Below are positions 63,335 through 64,000 of a stretch of 64,000 nucleotides of DNA, one piece after another. This stretch comes from Podarcis bocagei. Taxonomy: Eukaryota. The translations under genes and the position numbers were made by a program. The stretch lies in NCBI GenBank assembly GCA_964188305.1, contig OZ076885.1, one strand, 5' to 3'. How positions within the stretch are numbered: position 1 is the stretch's first letter; every line of letters begins with the position of its first letter. The notes under the pieces were generated by a model. It searched no databases. It had not been told where the DNA came from and worked only from the letters and a program-made list of their open reading frames with translations.

Positions 63335-64000
63335 ATCACTTCTAAATTAGATTAACCAAACATATTACTGCCTTCACCTGACTCAGCCAGTAAATTAGGA
63401 AACAAGCAAATATGTCAATTTAGATTTCAGTTTGCTGCATTTCCAGATCAGTTTGTGATTTATTTATTTTTTAAAAAGAAAGGTTGTGAACATTTGTCAC
63501 AATTTTAATATTTCTTCTGATATCCACATTTTTGAGTGTAAGGGAGGCAGATAATTAAGACAGGAGATAGTATTCAGGTATTATTTGCTACTTCCTCTGG
63601 GGAAAGCTTGTGGACAGGAGGGCTATCTGAACTGGGAGGGGTATCTAGATTGCTATGGCTGGTGCAAGAACTGGCCACCAACTTTTGTCACTGCTGGCAA
63701 GGTAGGCATGGTGGGATTCTAATAATGGATACTGTTCTATATTTAGGACTCTGTGGAACCACTTCCAGGAGAGGGTGGAAGCACAATGCCTTCCATAGCA
63801 CTGATGACACCTTGGATGGAAAGAACTTCTCTTGCAAGTCAACAACCGCGTAGCCCCGAGAACATTCCCTGGCTCAGCAAGCAAGGTTGAAGGAAACCGA
63901 TCCAAACAAGCAGGACAAGACTGAACCTTTGATAGACTGAAACCTTCTTCTGCATTGACAGTAGCAGCCCCAGGTCAAATAGAACATGAGTAATTTTATC

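Noticed and set aside
1-64000. Host gene identity
   Set aside because: No exon with a recognisable protein sequence was found. A short exon could have been missed without alignment or RNA-seq data.

Overview
Vertebrate nuclear DNA, most likely a lacertid lizard (Podarcis/Lacerta/Zootoca-like). This is inferred from Sauria SINEs, a (CTT)n-tailed Squam3-type SINE and lizard-type CR1, L2 and L1 fragments. No host protein-coding exon or true RNA gene could be supported, so the window reads as a large intron or gene desert. It is dense with retrotransposon remnants, hAT and Tc1/mariner MITEs (several nested, with readable target-site duplications) and microsatellites, and has two assembly gaps. 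Several repeat-poor, motif-dense stretches look like conserved enhancers. The most unusual item is an ~790-bp non-coding element present twice (45192-45985, 54739-55521). Its termini are identical in both copies and bounded only by an AA dinucleotide, with no TG..CA, TIR or poly(A). It holds a conserved folded-RNA-like domain upstream of AATAAA and may be a solo or non-autonomous tyrosine-recombinase (Ngaro/DIRS-type) retroelement. The second is a TIR element that captured an L2 LINE tail between two copies of its own left end and transposed as a composite (56701-57048, 59461-59825). Family names come from recalled consensus features, not database searches.
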